Positions 7,936 to 18,168 are shown, counted from the stretch's first letter. The stretch: DNA of 64,000 nucleotides from Planctomycetota bacterium (GCA_965223265.1 OZ244999.1:2944001-3008000); one strand, 5' to 3'. Numbers and translations: made by a program. Notes: generated from the sequence alone by a model not told the origin.

Positions 7936-10287
7936 CTACTGGCAAGTTGGGGTGCAAGTTGAACCGGCGAGCGGAACACAGTTCCCCGATCCGAGCACGT
8001 GGTCCGGGTTGCCGGCACCGACGAACTGGAAGTTGAGGCTTCCGACCGGGTCGGAGATATCGACCGCTTCGTCACCGTTCCAGTCACCGATCGAGACGCC
8101 GGTGGCGTTGAGTGCCGGTGGGTTCGTCCCCGGCGTGATCTGGCAAGCGTCGACCGGAATACCAGTGAACAGGAAGTTCAGCTGTGCGACCGGGTCGGAG
8201 ATGTCAACACCACCGTCGAGGTTGATGTCGCCCGGGTTGTGCGAATTACCGCTGGAGTCCGGCTCGAGGTTGTGCCAGAGCGCCAGGGAGTCGACCGCCA
8301 CCTTGCTGTTGCTGCCAGAGCCGGTGGTCGCGAAACGGATCTTTTCGACCGTTGCCGAGACACCCGGTGAGAGGCTGGCGACCTCATCGTAGATGAAACC
8401 GTCGGTCATGAAATCGAAGCGGTAGATTGGGTAATCGCCCGCGAACGACTGCAGGAGGGAGACGCCCGCGTTGCTGGCGCGCAGCACGAAGCGGGTGTAG
8501 GCCGCCACGTTGCCGTCGCCGAGCTCGCCGGCCGGGCCAACAGCACTCGACGTCGTCGGATTCTCCGCGAGGCCGTCTGCGTTGGTGGTACCACCGATGT
8601 TTACGGTGGTGCCATTGGCGCTGATCTCAGCATAGGCGATAACGCTGCCGTCGCCGCCGAGCAGGATCATTTGATGACGCGCGTCCTGAGGGACGCCGCC
8701 GCCACCGTCGCCGATGTTGTACTCACCAAGCTCAGTGAGCATGGTCACGGCGCCAGCCGTGGTGTCGAGTGATCCGAAGACCGAGTGCGTGATGGCGCCG
8801 GCACTGGTGCTCGTGTTCACGAGCACTGCGTCCTTGACCGTGTCAGTCGTGCAGCCCCAGTCGATTCCTGCAATGTCGTCGCCAGGAGCGTCGACGCGGA
8901 TCTCCCACGGGCTCGGATCGTCGGTACGATCGGCTTCATTGATGATGTTGCCGCGCTCGTCGTGGTCGGCGATACGCGCCTGGGTGCCGTCCAGATTCTC
9001 GTAGTTACCGAGCGACTGGATCTGGCCATTGGGCTCGCCACCGTCCGGACGACGGTTGTAGTTGTCCCAAACGTACATGTTCCGTGCGACGCCATCCTCG
9101 GCGGCATCCGACCAACCACGTGACGCTGTGTTTTCGTCAGCGATGGAGAGCTCGACATTGAGGACGTCGATGCGTGAGATTCGAAGGACCGCGTCGGTCG
9201 TCTTCATCGCATCTCCGTCAGCGCCGTTGGGCTCGATACCCCAGTAGGCAGCCGTCTGCAGCGCATCTTCGTGCACGGCACACTTGTCATACTTGTTGAC
9301 GACGATCGGCTGTTCTTGCTGATAGATCACCAGATGGGTCGCGCCGCCGTCGAGCGAAACGCCGCCACAGCTGAACGTGCTGTCTTCGAACAGGAAGCCG
9401 CTTGACGACACCACAGGCTCTAGCGTGTCACGCACGTAGTCAGCCATGTCGACGCTCTGCCAACCGTGGAGCGCGTCCAGGTCGCCAGTCTGCAGGCCGG
9501 CGATGTCCGCCATCGGAATGATGATGCCGCGGTGCGAACCATCATCGAGGCTCATCCAGTCACGGCCGCGGTTGCTGCATCCCGTGTCCTGCTCGTTGAA
9601 GGGGGTCGCCGGGTCATCGGCGCCTTGGATAAAGCTCGTGAACTTGACGAACTGTTCCATCTCGTCGAACGTGGCGCCAGGGCCTTGATCCATCGAGATG
9701 GTGTAGCGCTTGCGACCGTTACCCCACTGGTTGTCGCGGTCGTTGTTGTACTGCAGGGCGTTTTGGCCCCATTCCCACTCGTAGCGACGCTGGATATCCG
9801 TGAAGCCGCCGCGGTCGTTGTACTCGAGTTCTTCTGCGGATGCCGCGATGTCGGCAGCTTGGTCACGCAGTGGCCCTTCGTTGAGGACCTGCTTGTGGAC
9901 GTTCCAGTCCTCACTCTCGTACAGCAGGCCATATTCCGGATAGCTCCGGGTCGACCATGCCTGCTCGCCGGCATAGCGCGCGAAGGGCTGGTCGCCCTCC
10001 TCAAAGACGCCGTTACCGTTGAGATCGATCCACATGGAGCCGAGGGCTCCCGCCAAGTTGCCGTTCGCCGGGATGGCACCGCCGCCTGCTGCAGGCGTGA
10101 GGTCGTCCGCCGTGTAGGGCAGGCCATCCTCGCCAGCCCAGCTGTCGACGTAAGTATCACCACCAGCTGGCACCCACAAGCCGCCCATAACGTGCGTCTC
10201 ACCTTGCGCGAAGACACTCGCACCGCTGAGAACGCCGAACAAGAGAGCGAGGGCCGCGAACGACCCGCGACGCGTTGTCTGAAGCAT
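7936..10287 (-). CDS. Secreted acidic protein with C-terminal dockerin-like (EF-hand) module
   Basis: Signal peptide (..SVFA-Q), duplicated GDINLDGGVDISD / GDWNGDEAVDISD, AGGAGG RBS. Confidence 0.8.
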   Translation of the reverse strand: MLQTTRRGSFAALALLFGVLSGASVFAQGETHVMGGLWVPAGGDTYVDSWAGEDGLPYTADDLTPAAGGGAIPANGNLAGALGSMWIDLNGNGVFEEGDQPFARYAGEQAWSTRSYPEYGLLYESEDWNVHKQVLNEGPLRDQAADIAASAEELEYNDRGGFTDIQRRYEWEWGQNALQYNNDRDNQWGNGRKRYTISMDQGPGATFDEMEQFVKFTSFIQGADDPATPFNEQDTGCSNRGRDWMSLDDGSHRGIIIPMADIAGLQTGDLDALHGWQSVDMADYVRDTLEPVVSSSGFLFEDSTFSCGGVSLDGGATHLVIYQQEQPIVVNKYDKCAVHEDALQTAAYWGIEPNGADGDAMKTTDAVLRISRIDVLNVELSIADENTASRGWSDAAEDGVARNMYVWDNYNRRPDGGEPNGQIQSLGNYENLDGTQARIADHDERGNIINEADRTDDPSPWEIRVDAPGDDIAGIDWGCTTDTVKDAVLVNTSTSAGAITHSVFGSLDTTAGAVTMLTELGEYNIGDGGGGVPQDARHQMILLGGDGSVIAYAEISANGTTVNIGGTTNADGLAENPTTSSAVGPAGELGDGNVAAYTRFVLRASNAGVSLLQSFAGDYPIYRFDFMTDGFIYDEVASLSPGVSATVEKIRFATTGSGSNSKVAVDSLALWHNLEPDSSGNSHNPGDINLDGGVDISDPVAQLNFLFTGIPVDACQITPGTNPPALNATGVSIGDWNGDEAVDISDPVGSLNFQFVGAGNPDHVLGSGNCVPLAGSTCTPTCQ

Positions 10288-11162
10288 CGCATCCTCCTAA
10301 TGAAACCCCGGGGGCCTTTGGCACCCCTTCCTCGAAAAACCTCCAGAGTAGAGGAAAAGCACGCAAGCGAGTCATTCCAAAACGGTCCAGCCTTCGACCA
10401 TGTGCGGTCCACCAACGGCGAGATTCTTGACATCTCGCGCTGGTCCAGACCGCTCAAGATAACCCGCGTCTGCGCGTGGACTCTTCCCTACCCAGTACGC
10501 AGTAACTCCTGAAATCCCAAACGTACTCCACAATGTTTATTGAGCGTACTTGTCCATTTGTACCGATGAAGCGGCGGACTACAAGTAAAGAACTCAGGAA
10601 ATCCTTGTTGACCGAAGTTTCCGCACCTGCGGTCAGACTCGGTTCCCACGGGGATGCACCAGTTTCGCGCTCAGGGTGAGCGTTTTGTTCGGTGCTCGTC
10701 GTTGACTCCCGGGTCGCTAGACCGAGGCACATTCGGCGGCGGGCTTCAAAGGCTCACGGGAATGGGAGCTTGAGCCCAATCATGAGCCGCACTAAGATCT
10801 CTTAAAGCTATTCTTCGCTAAGTGTTGCCGGTCTTTTCGGGGCGCCGGAACACGGTTTGTGCGAGCAGCGAAGCGGGTTGTCGTGATGGCCCGCCAGGTC
10901 TGCTGGAGCTTGTGCGTAGGCATGGGTACGGTCGCGAATGCGAGTGCCACGAGCGGGCGCGCTCCGGAGAAGTTCTTGAAGAGACTGACTTGGCTTACGT
11001 CGTTAACTACAGATGACTTGGAGTGTTGGCCCGAGGCGGCACTCTCCGCACCTGCGGACTGAGCTGCCTTTCGGGTATCGCCGTCGCATCAGCGATCCGC
11101 CTGGGGCGACTATGAGCGTGCGTCCTATGCAGTGCTGCGGGATTTAGGCTAGGTACGGTAAG

Positions 11163-14100
11163 GTGAACGAGAATCCCATTTCCGGCACCGCGGGGGAGGA
11201 CGGTGGCGTGGAGTCGGCGTCGGATCGCCAGGCCAACGATGGGGCGCCCCGCGGCACGAAACCGCGGCAGGCGGGCGGCGACGGTGACAGCGACGCTACT
11301 GTCTCAGAGGCGACGCCGCTGCGACCCGAGGAGGTGGCGGTCGAAGCGGCCGACACCCGGGCGACCGAATCGGTTCACACACCGTCCGCGATCGCTCACG
11401 GCGCTGCGGCAGTCGATAGCAGCGCGACCTCGGACACGTCCACTCCAGGTGAGTGGCGCATCGGACAACTCGTTGCCGAGCGTTTCCGTATCGTCCGTTT
11501 CATCGGCCAGGGTGGAATGGGCAAAGTCTATCTTGGGCACGACGAGGTTCTTGATCGCGCGATCGCCCTGAAGCGCATCCCAGCGGAGATCCTGTTTGAC
11601 GACGACGCACGTGAAGACCTGCGTCAAGAGGCCAACCGCCTGCTCGATCTCGCCCACGACAACATTGTCCGCGTGCACACGTACTACGACGGACCGACGT
11701 TGCCGTTGATTGCGATGGAGTACATCGCTGGCCCGACTCTCAAGGATCTCTTGACCACACGTCGTCAACGCGGCGCCGTGTTTCGCGTCGACGAAGTGCT
11801 CGCGATCGCGCGTCCCGTGGCACGCGGTCTCGACTACGCGCATTCGAAGGCGATCGTTCACCGCGACCTCAAGCCTGGCAATCTTATGCTGAGCGAGGAT
11901 CCTCAGGAGCCAATCACCGACCCGGTCGAAGTGAAGATCACGGACTTCGGAATCTCGCGTGTTGTCGCCGACGGCACGCTGCGCCACACGGGGCGCCGCA
12001 CGGGCACGCTTCCTTACATGAGCCCCGAACAGTTTTGCGGCGAGGCGACCAAACCTCAGAGCGACGTTTACTCCCTGGCGTGCACCCTGTACGAGCTCCT
12101 CAGCGGGCGACCGCCGTTCTTCACCGGCGATATCGGCTACCAGATCATGCACGTCGTGCCGCGTCCTCTCACGGCGGTGCCGCATCACGTCAACAACGCG
12201 ATTCTTCGCGGGCTTGCGAAATCCCCACTTGATCGATTCGAGAGCGCCAGTCAGCTAGTGCACGCTCTCGAGGGCAAGATTACTGTGTCACGACCACGCG
12301 AGCACGGACGTCGTTGGCGGCGCGCCGCGACCGCGGCGGCGGCACTTCTTCTGCTGACGGTGATCTTTTTCGGCGGAATCGGATTCGGTCGCCGTCAGGG
12401 AACCTCCACGAGCGGCGGATCGCCGGCGCGCGGATCCACGGAGCCGATTGGCGCCCTTGCGCCCGAGGACGAAGCCGGCAATGGGGTCAGGTTTTCGCTC
12501 GACTTGCGAGAGAAACTGGAATCGCGGTTTCCGCGCATCCTCGGACCGAAGCACGCGCTCGACATGCCGGTCAGTGCCACAGACGGTATGCGATTTCAGT
12601 TTGAGCTCGAGCCACCTGCCGATCCGGCGCTGAGACGTCACTTCGAATCCCTGTCGATTCGCTGCGTGCTCAAGGACACCGGCGATGTGGAGGAAGCTGA
12701 GGTCGCTGTCGACGCCGCCACGGGCAAGCGACGTTTCGCGTTCGAACGGCTGCGAGACGGCCCCTACGTTCTGGAGCCTTCCGTTCGCGGTGAATCGATC
12801 TTTCGCGACGATGGCTTTGAGTTTCGCGTTGACCTGACGCCTCCCGCCATCGAAATTGCTCCTCTCGACCCTCGCGCCTTGATCGATGCGGGGGCAACTC
12901 TTCTGACGAATAGCTCTGGGGCTTCGGGAGCCGAAGCCGAGCGCGAGTGGGTGACGTTTCTCGATCGGCTCGAAGTCGAGATCCAAGCCAACGAGCCGGT
13001 CGAAGTACGCTATAAAGCGTATGCCGACCCGAGCGCTCCGGCGCTTCCTGTGGGCGACCTGAGGCGCTGGGCGCTGAAGCTGGACGAAGGCGAGAATCAC
13101 TTGCAGTTCGTCGCCTATGACCTGGCGGGCAATCGCAGCCGCGAGGTTGTGCAGAGCATTTGGCGCATGGCGCTGCGAGTGCGTCGACTCGAAACCCAAC
13201 GCGTCGTCGGCGACGTCGCGGAGGTGGGAGGGGAGATCGAGATCGGGAGTGACATGCCGCCGCGGCTTCGTTTCTTCGTCAATGGGGTCGAGTCTCTCAC
13301 CGGTGCTGTCGATCCGTGGACGGGCACCGCAAAGGCGCATGGCCGCCTCTCGATTCTGCCGTTCAGCGCTGAAGTGCGGTTGCCGCGAGCCTCGTCGAAT
13401 GAGATCGAGGTGCGCTTCGACCTGGGCGATGGGGTGGTTCGGCCTTTCTCTGAGCCAGCCCTGGCAACGCTTCCGGGAGTCTCCATGGGGGCGCCGCGCA
13501 TAGACATTGATCCGGTCAGTGAGCGGACCATTCGCGAGTTTGTCGAGATTTCGGGCCGAGTCACGCCGTACATGCCAACGTTGACGCTCGCCGCGGTGGC
13601 GAAAGGGGCACGCAAGCGGCTGGACTTGCGCCCCGACGGCCCAAACTCTGCGACGTTCAGGACGCAGTTTAAGCTCGAGCCGAACGCCGAGCAGGTTCTT
13701 CAGATTCAGCCGTGGGTGTTCGGACAGGAGCTCGAACCCGCGCCGCCGGCAATTCGCATCGTTTGCGACCAAATCCCGCCGACGCTCGCGGAGCCAGTCG
13801 AGTTCACGCCGGTTCGGGACGGGCTGTGGTGGGTGAACATTCGGCCCTCCGAGGATCTCAAGTTTTTGCGTGTGCAACTCGTCTCGGGCGGGCAGGCGCA
13901 ACCCTGGATGGAGGCTGAGCGACAGACGTCTCGGCTGTACCGTGCGTTGATCGCGCTGCCGCGCCGCGCCGCGGAGGTCAAGGTCGAAATGACGGACCTT
14001 GCAGGCAACCCCGGCCTGGAGAGGGCAGACTGCCCCTACCGCGGCGAGACGATCGGACCGGCACCGGGAGAGTCTGCGCCGGCGCCGGCAGTGGGTGCAG

Positions 14101-14843
14101 AGGCCGACCTCGATGAAGTCACTGCAAGTGGTGACGTGGACGCGGCGCCGAGGAACGCTACCGAGCCAGCCGTAGGCCGTGAAGGCGTTGAGTTTCGCGC
14201 ACCGTTTTTGCGACGTATGCGGTTGGTGTTTCGTCCGTTTGGTTCGGATCGACTCGAGATGATGCGCACAGAAGTGCCGAGTCGCGTCTGGCGAGACTTC
14301 TTGATCGCCACGGGGCGCGACGCTGAGACCGAAGTCGCTACCGTAGATGCGATGAACTATCCAAAGGTGCTGTCGGAGGAAGGCGAGCTCGAACTGCTCG
14401 ATGAGTTCGTCGCCTGGTTCGAGCGCGAAGCTGCGGATGGTTTCACCTACGCAATTCCTACACCCGCGCAGTGGCTGAGCGCGTTCACAGGCGCGAGCGA
14501 CCCAAGCTATGCCCGTGGACAGATCGAGGAGTGGTTTCGAGGCGGGCGCCGCGATAACGTTCGGTTCGAAGCGCACCCGAGCGTTCCCTACGGCAGCGGC
14601 GTGTTGAACGAGATCGGCAAGCGACCCGAGAATCGTACCCCGACGACAGAGCTGCTCGACATGGAAGCCAACGCGCGAGAGGTGGTCTTTGACGGCATGG
14701 GGTATCGCGTCATCGGCGGCTCGAATGTCGAGACCGCCGCGGAGCTCGAAGTGGCGTGCCAGAAAACGTACGCGTTCGACGGGGCGCACGCACGCATGAC
14801 CGGCCTGCGTCTGTTGCGGCGGCCGCGAAATCTCGAGCGATAG
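11163..14843 (+). CDS. Transmembrane Ser/Thr protein kinase with Ig-like repeats and a degenerate C-terminal FGE/SUMF1-like domain
   Basis: GQGGMGKVY, HRDLKPGN, DFG, GTLPYMSPE; TM ~aa 388-408; DLTPP and DLAGN Ig motifs; IPTPAQW, LLDMEANARE, IGGS, TGLRL. Confidence 0.88.
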   Translation: MNENPISGTAGEDGGVESASDRQANDGAPRGTKPRQAGGDGDSDATVSEATPLRPEEVAVEAADTRATESVHTPSAIAHGAAAVDSSATSDTSTPGEWRIGQLVAERFRIVRFIGQGGMGKVYLGHDEVLDRAIALKRIPAEILFDDDAREDLRQEANRLLDLAHDNIVRVHTYYDGPTLPLIAMEYIAGPTLKDLLTTRRQRGAVFRVDEVLAIARPVARGLDYAHSKAIVHRDLKPGNLMLSEDPQEPITDPVEVKITDFGISRVVADGTLRHTGRRTGTLPYMSPEQFCGEATKPQSDVYSLACTLYELLSGRPPFFTGDIGYQIMHVVPRPLTAVPHHVNNAILRGLAKSPLDRFESASQLVHALEGKITVSRPREHGRRWRRAATAAAALLLLTVIFFGGIGFGRRQGTSTSGGSPARGSTEPIGALAPEDEAGNGVRFSLDLREKLESRFPRILGPKHALDMPVSATDGMRFQFELEPPADPALRRHFESLSIRCVLKDTGDVEEAEVAVDAATGKRRFAFERLRDGPYVLEPSVRGESIFRDDGFEFRVDLTPPAIEIAPLDPRALIDAGATLLTNSSGASGAEAEREWVTFLDRLEVEIQANEPVEVRYKAYADPSAPALPVGDLRRWALKLDEGENHLQFVAYDLAGNRSREVVQSIWRMALRVRRLETQRVVGDVAEVGGEIEIGSDMPPRLRFFVNGVESLTGAVDPWTGTAKAHGRLSILPFSAEVRLPRASSNEIEVRFDLGDGVVRPFSEPALATLPGVSMGAPRIDIDPVSERTIREFVEISGRVTPYMPTLTLAAVAKGARKRLDLRPDGPNSATFRTQFKLEPNAEQVLQIQPWVFGQELEPAPPAIRIVCDQIPPTLAEPVEFTPVRDGLWWVNIRPSEDLKFLRVQLVSGGQAQPWMEAERQTSRLYRALIALPRRAAEVKVEMTDLAGNPGLERADCPYRGETIGPAPGESAPAPAVGAEADLDEVTASGDVDAAPRNATEPAVGREGVEFRAPFLRRMRLVFRPFGSDRLEMMRTEVPSRVWRDFLIATGRDAETEVATVDAMNYPKVLSEEGELELLDEFVAWFEREAADGFTYAIPTPAQWLSAFTGASDPSYARGQIEEWFRGGRRDNVRFEAHPSVPYGSGVLNEIGKRPENRTPTTELLDMEANAREVVFDGMGYRVIGGSNVETAAELEVACQKTYAFDGAHARMTGLRLLRRPRNLER

Positions 14844-14888
14844 CGGAGGCAGAGGCAGCCGGCGGAGGCAGAGACAACCGGCCCCCGC

Positions 14889-14965
14889 GAACGGGAACGG
14901 GAACGGGAACGGGAACGGGAACGGGAACGGGAACGGGAACGGGAACGGGAACGGGAACGGGAACG
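14889..14965. repeat. Perfect hexamer tandem repeat (GAACGG)x12.8
   Basis: Directly visible; lies between convergent genes; preceded by two imperfect 18-mers (GCGGAGGCAGAGRCARCCG) at ~14843-14880. Confidence 0.95.
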
Positions 14966-15111
14966 AAGAGTCGGGGCGAAGTGGACGCCCACGCAAAACG
15001 CCCACGCGAAACGCAAACTCGCGCAGCCCGTCCCGGCACCAGGCACACACCGCCGCGAACACTAGCTGGAACGGTTTGCAGATGTGACCTGGCGGGATTG
15101 ATGCCGCGAGG

Positions 15112-17004
15112 TTAGTTGCCCGCCGGCGCAGCGTCACGTGACACTCGGTAGAGCGTAACGTCCGTGTCGCTGTAGAAGGGACGACCACAACGTGCTACGA
15201 GTTCTTTTTCGATCGCGTGCAGCGTCGCTGCGGGGATTCCTTTTTCCGGGTTGTAAAGTCGCCTCTCTTGGTCGCTCGCCTGCGCACGGCGTTCGTTGAG
15301 GAGTTCGCGTACGCGCTGCCGATGGACCACCACAGTGGCGACGTCGAGCTCGTCGAGAACACGCGGGAGCTCTCGCTCGATGATCTCCGGTCCGACCTTT
15401 GGACGGCCCTCGAAGATGAGCTGCAAAAACGGAAGATCGTGTACGCGTTCGGCGACTTCTGGCAGCACACAGGAGGTGTATCCGCCGACGATCGGGCGAC
15501 CGTGGAGCGTTTGCAGGTAGAGGTCCTCGGCGCCGCGAGCGCGGTACCCTCCCGGCACGTTGAGCACGAGTCCGCGATCGCTTTCGGCAAGGACTTGTGT
15601 CCACGGCGGCCGCGGCAGCGGGCGCATCGACAGAGGGGCGAAGGCGAAATCAACGGCCACTATGCTGGCGATCAAGCACGTAGCTAGGCGTGGGCGGCAT
15701 GCGCAGCACGGTCGGCTCAGGAGGGCGCGCGTGCCGAAGGCAGCTAGCATGGCCAGAGGCAACATCGCTGGGACGATGAACCGATTGGCGACGCGTAGGC
15801 TGCCAGCCAGGGGGACATCTCGAAGCAGGCTGAACGGGAGGGGGATGGCGAACGTCCGTCCCGCGCAGAGCAGTTCCGCCCCAAGTGCCAGCAGTGCATA
15901 GCCGAGAAAGAGGACGCTCCACAGGCGCACGGGAGGGCGGTGTGGCGAGCCTACGCCGTCGGCGTCGAGCGCCGGACGTCGCTTCGAGGCGCAAAGAGCG
16001 AAGAGTGCCAGCGCCAACGGCGTCCAGCCGAGATAACAGGTGAAGCCGACCGAGCCGTAGGACTGGAGCGAGCGGTAAAGCGGCGAGGCCAGACTTCCCC
16101 ACAGCGAGTGGTACGCCGGCGGTATGAAGAGAAACGCCAGGTCGACGCCTTTGTTCACCGGGGGCTTGATGAAATAGCGCGCGCCACTGGCGATCTCTAC
16201 GAGTTTCGGCCAGAGAAACGGCAGCAGAATCGCGGTCGTCAGGAGCGCGGCGACAGCGACGTCGCGCACGAGCCGCAGGCGCGGCCGCGGCGGGCGCACG
16301 ATCGACGCGGCGAAGAGGATGACACCAAGCGGGACGATCATGAGCCCGCTGTGCCAGGAGTAGAGAGCGTTCCAGGCGAAGGTCACCCCGCAAAGAGCCG
16401 CGTTGCCGAGACCACCGAGCCGCAAGAGCCGAAGAAGGCTGTAGGCGAAGAACGGCATTGCCTGATAGCTCGCTAGGTTGATGTGCTCGAAGCTCTGCTC
16501 CACGTGTTGTGGGAAGAAAGCGAAGACAATCCCAGCGACGAACGCACCGCCGCGTGAGGCGCCAAGCTCGAGCGCCAGAACGAACGCGCCCAGCGCGGCG
16601 AGGAAGAAGCCCAGGAGGAGGCACGCGTTGTAGGCAGCCGCGACGCCCAGGATTCGGGTCAACGGCGCGGCCGTGAGCACGTTGAACTCGGAGTGGGTGT
16701 GAAACGCCAGCGAGACCTCGAGCGGGTCGGCAGAGGTTTGGAAAAGAGCTGTTGTGGTGTAGGGACTTCGCCACTGTGCGAGCGCTTCGGCCCAGGCGTG
16801 AAAGTTCCAGAGGTTCTGCCAGAGGTCGTTGTTGCCAGCCGGGACGTGATCGACGAACGTCACCGCCAGCGGCCAGGTCATGGCGACGGTGAGCGCCGCG
16901 TAGATGCTGGCCGCGAGCAGTCCGCCCGGCCATCCATCCTGCCGCCGCTCAGACTCCCGTGGGGCCGTGCCTGAATCCCTGCCCGCGCGGCTTGCGTGAT
17001 CCAT
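15112..17004 (-). CDS. Polytopic membrane protein, GT-C fold glycosyltransferase-like (YfhO-like)
   Basis: More than 10 TM segments, TWPL..NDLWQNLW, LRVANRF, QTLHGRPIVGGY motifs typical of this family. Confidence 0.7.
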   Translation of the reverse strand: MDHASRAGRDSGTAPRESERRQDGWPGGLLAASIYAALTVAMTWPLAVTFVDHVPAGNNDLWQNLWNFHAWAEALAQWRSPYTTTALFQTSADPLEVSLAFHTHSEFNVLTAAPLTRILGVAAAYNACLLLGFFLAALGAFVLALELGASRGGAFVAGIVFAFFPQHVEQSFEHINLASYQAMPFFAYSLLRLLRLGGLGNAALCGVTFAWNALYSWHSGLMIVPLGVILFAASIVRPPRPRLRLVRDVAVAALLTTAILLPFLWPKLVEIASGARYFIKPPVNKGVDLAFLFIPPAYHSLWGSLASPLYRSLQSYGSVGFTCYLGWTPLALALFALCASKRRPALDADGVGSPHRPPVRLWSVLFLGYALLALGAELLCAGRTFAIPLPFSLLRDVPLAGSLRVANRFIVPAMLPLAMLAAFGTRALLSRPCCACRPRLATCLIASIVAVDFAFAPLSMRPLPRPPWTQVLAESDRGLVLNVPGGYRARGAEDLYLQTLHGRPIVGGYTSCVLPEVAERVHDLPFLQLIFEGRPKVGPEIIERELPRVLDELDVATVVVHRQRVRELLNERRAQASDQERRLYNPEKGIPAATLHAIEKELVARCGRPFYSDTDVTLYRVSRDAAPAGN

Positions 17005-17021
17005 CTCTCCCTTGACGCTTG

Positions 17022-17183
17022 ACAGCCCGTTGAAAAAGTCATTCGGCCGAGGAAACTGGCCTCTTCACGCCCAGCTCGGCCGCGTCAATACTCGAAAATC
17101 TCGAAGATTGCCTGCGTTTGCCGCGGCCGACCTGGACGCGAAGAGACCAGTTTTCGGCTCGAAGCACTTTTTCAACAGGCTGT
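17022..17183. mobile_element. MITE-like element, type A (complete copy)
   Basis: TIR ACAGCCCGTTGAAAAAGT / ACTTTTTCAACAGGCTGT (17/18 match), internally palindromic; related copies elsewhere in window. Confidence 0.7.
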
Positions 17184-17349
17184 TGAGGTCGACTTGAACC
17201 GGCGCGGTCGCAGCGACCGGCTGTTGGGCGCATTCTGGGCGTTTGTCGCATGCGAGTCCACACCCCCTGGCGCCCTTTTCTGACGTTTTCGTACGCCGTC
17301 GTCTTCAATTGTCGAACGGCACTCGCCGCAGCTGCCTGGGCGGGAAGGA

Positions 17350-17387
17350 GCCGGTTTCTCAGCCGAAGGACTTCTTCACCGGGCGCT
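17350..17387. repeat. Degenerate fragment of type A repeat
   Basis: GCCGGTTTCTCAGCCGAAGGACTTCTTCA matches 40503-40531. Confidence 0.55.
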
Positions 17388-17399
17388 TGAGCCGGCGGA

Positions 17400-17573
17400 T
17401 CAAGCCATGATGCCGGTCTGCACTCCGGTGAATCGTGCGACGACCCAGGCGCCTACCGCGGTGATGATCGCAATGGTCCCGGCGACAATGATCCCCATGA
17501 TGATCGAGAATTCAATGACTTCCAATCCTTGTTCATCACGCAGGAATCGACGAAACCATGAGTGACAGAGCAT
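17400..17573 (-). CDS. Flp/Fap (Tad, type IVb/c) pilin, 57 aa
   Basis: Manual translation MLCHSWFRRFLRDEQG|LEVIEFSIIMGIIVAGTIAIITAVGAWVVARFTGVQTGIMA; F..DE.G prepilin cleavage site, E+5, hydrophobic helix; AAGGAG RBS. Confidence 0.85.
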   Translation of the reverse strand: MLCHSWFRRFLRDEQGLEVIEFSIIMGIIVAGTIAIITAVGAWVVARFTGVQTGIMA

Positions 17574-17861
17574 GTGCAGGCTCCTTTTGGCACGGCCACC
17601 GTAGCGGCGAATTGGGGGGAGGGTCGCGAAGAATCCGGTAGGTCCAAGTCGACGTCCGCCGCTCGCTCACGAGCGGGCGAAACGATCCGTGCGGCTGCGT
17701 CACCAGGAGGGCAGTTTCGACGTGTCGCTCAGCCGGGGGATTCTTCCGCGGATGGGAACAGGTGGGAAGGGAAAGCGCGCCCCGCACGTGACGGGTTGCT
17801 AACTCCGACCCTATCCTACCATCGCCCTTCGGCTGTGAATACGCTGCATATTTCAGAAGCG

Positions 17862-18071
17862 TTAGCAGCCTGTTAAAAGGTGCTTCGAGTCGAAAACTGA
17901 GCGTGAAGAGGCCAGTTTCTCGGCCGAATGACTTTTTCAGGCGGGCTGTTAGCTCGAGTTTGGCCGTTTCGCGTCGAGCCCAAGGAGCGACGACAACGCG
18001 ATCCCGCCGCGATCGTGGCGGAGGACGGGCGCAGGCATCGGCGCTCCTGGCCGGCGCGAAATGGCCAAACT
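17862..18071. mobile_element. Composite MITE-like repeat: type A (17866-17948) + TTAG + type B (17953-18071)
   Basis: Near-identical to 40490-40670; TTAG flanks; type B ends AGTTTGGCC..GGCCAAACT. Confidence 0.7.
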
Positions 18072-18168
18072 GGCTGAGGATTTGGGCGAGCGAAGCCGAG
18101 TCCAAATCCTGAGTTCAACTCGAGGATAGGTCGGCGTGTTTGCGAATTCCGTGCCCGTCTCCCAGGGC

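Noticed and set aside
12288-15188. 966-aa minus-strand ORF with (FP)n run, and the other frames giving (TG)n, (RS)n, (VP)n
   Set aside because: Antisense shadow of the kinase read through the GAACGG repeat; no recognisable motifs
17536-18105. 189-aa and 169-aa (40512-41021) ORFs sharing PPPRS.RDRVVVAPW
   Set aside because: The similarity comes from the MITE-like DNA repeat, not a protein family; no transposase motifs
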